Shown piece by piece: positions 63,105-64,000 of a stretch of DNA of 64,000 nucleotides. The first letter of the stretch is position 1. Every line of letters starts with the position of its first letter. The stretch comes from Saprolegnia diclina VS20 (Eukaryota), in NCBI RefSeq assembly GCF_000281045.1, contig NW_008246118.1, positions 253,850 to 317,849 on the forward strand. Reading direction: 5' to 3'. The notes below the pieces were generated by a model. The model was not told the origin of the DNA. It worked only from the letters and a program-made list of their open reading frames with translations, and ran no database searches. The position numbers and the translations under genes were made by a program.

Positions 63105-63226
63105 CTAGCCTTTTATAACTTGCTCGACTTCCTGTTGCATCGCGATTAGGGTTGCAGTTATTAGTGGCGTGCAATTAGCCACATCAAAACCTCCTGTTTA
63201 CGTCAACTCTGGAATTCGATCGTAGC

Positions 63227-64000
63227 ATGCTCCGCCAACGGGTCGGTCGTCGGTCGAGCCACTGGCGCGTCGTCCAGCTGCAGAAGGCAGCGATGAGCAC
63301 CGTGCAGATTGGTGGCATCTCGGTGCCCAAGGCCACGCCCAGCGTACGCTGCTTGCGTCGACCTTGCAGGACCACCCACATGCATGTAGGAACCGCACTT
63401 GGTGCCCCGAGGCTTTGTGCCCAGCACGCTCTCGCAGGTAATACAGTCCGTCTCCTTCAGCGTAAACTCATGGCGCTCGCAGGAGTCATTGCAGCATCTT
63501 CGCTGGATGCTCCAGAAGGACGTGCTTCAGCAAGACATGTTCCTCATCGGGTACGTCGCCGCAGCGTTCGGTGAACCACCTTGCTCCTGCGACAATGTAG
63601 CCCGCCCGGGCCGGCGCGCCGCCACCTCGCCTTGCAGTTTGCTGAGCTCTTGCAGCGCGAAGTCGAGTACGTGGCCATTTCGCAGGACACGACCGAGTCG
63701 GACCTCAAGCAGGTGCACCATGCCTCCACCCAAACATTGAGCTTATGGCGGCGGGTAGCGTCGCGAGATCTCGGCCGGCGCCGCCATCTTTACCGACCAA
63801 GCGCCTGTCCGCGCTGCCATGCACGGCCGGCTCCTTATCCTCGACGGTACGCTTCCGCAGCGTCGTTGGTCACTCATGGCTCGCAGGTCTCGAGAAGGCC
63901 GAGCGCAACGTGCTCCCGACGCTCAACAACCTCTTGGAGAACCGGTGGGCTCCATTTACTTCGCTATCCTATCGTTATTACTTGTATCTACAGAGAGATG
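63227..64000 (+). CDS. VWA8: VWA8-like mitochondrial AAA+ protein, 5' part only (runs off the window)
   Basis: Arg-rich presequence MLRQRVGRR, then LQHLRWMLQKD.L.QDMFLIG-PPGP.RR, DTTESDLKQ-RREI and LILDG-LEKAERNVLPTLNNLLEN. Confidence 0.85.

Overview
Gene-dense, GC-rich eukaryotic genomic DNA with many very short (about 40-60 nt) GT-AG introns (donor often GTACG). The gene content and style suggest an oomycete, probably Saprolegniales; this is an inference, not a database result. About 30 protein-coding genes were reconstructed by splicing the ORF track by eye. Housekeeping genes include DHX16/Prp2, ECHDC1-like, CCR4, SGT1, CENP-A, CMS1, RPT5 and a partial VWA8. Signalling genes include a MAPK, a MAPKK, three cyclic-nucleotide-binding-domain channels, a PH-TBC RabGAP, and HECT and RING ligases. 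The right end holds a cluster of six CaMK1-like genes. The most unusual elements are: (i) a single gene encoding three tandem, catalytically degenerate CaMK-like domains, each with its own calmodulin-binding tail, divergently paired with a fourth probable pseudokinase among four N-acylated active paralogues; (ii) a BolA-like domain interrupted by an AP2-like insert and fused to about 13 IQ motifs; (iii) a candidate HPS6 (BLOC-2) homologue; (iv) a DIX-domain auxilin-like J protein; (v) two tandem CNBD channels without a GYG filter; (vi) CCAAT boxes in pairs with roughly helical spacing. No RNA genes, CRISPR arrays or transposons were recognised. Exon boundaries and start codons are manual predictions.
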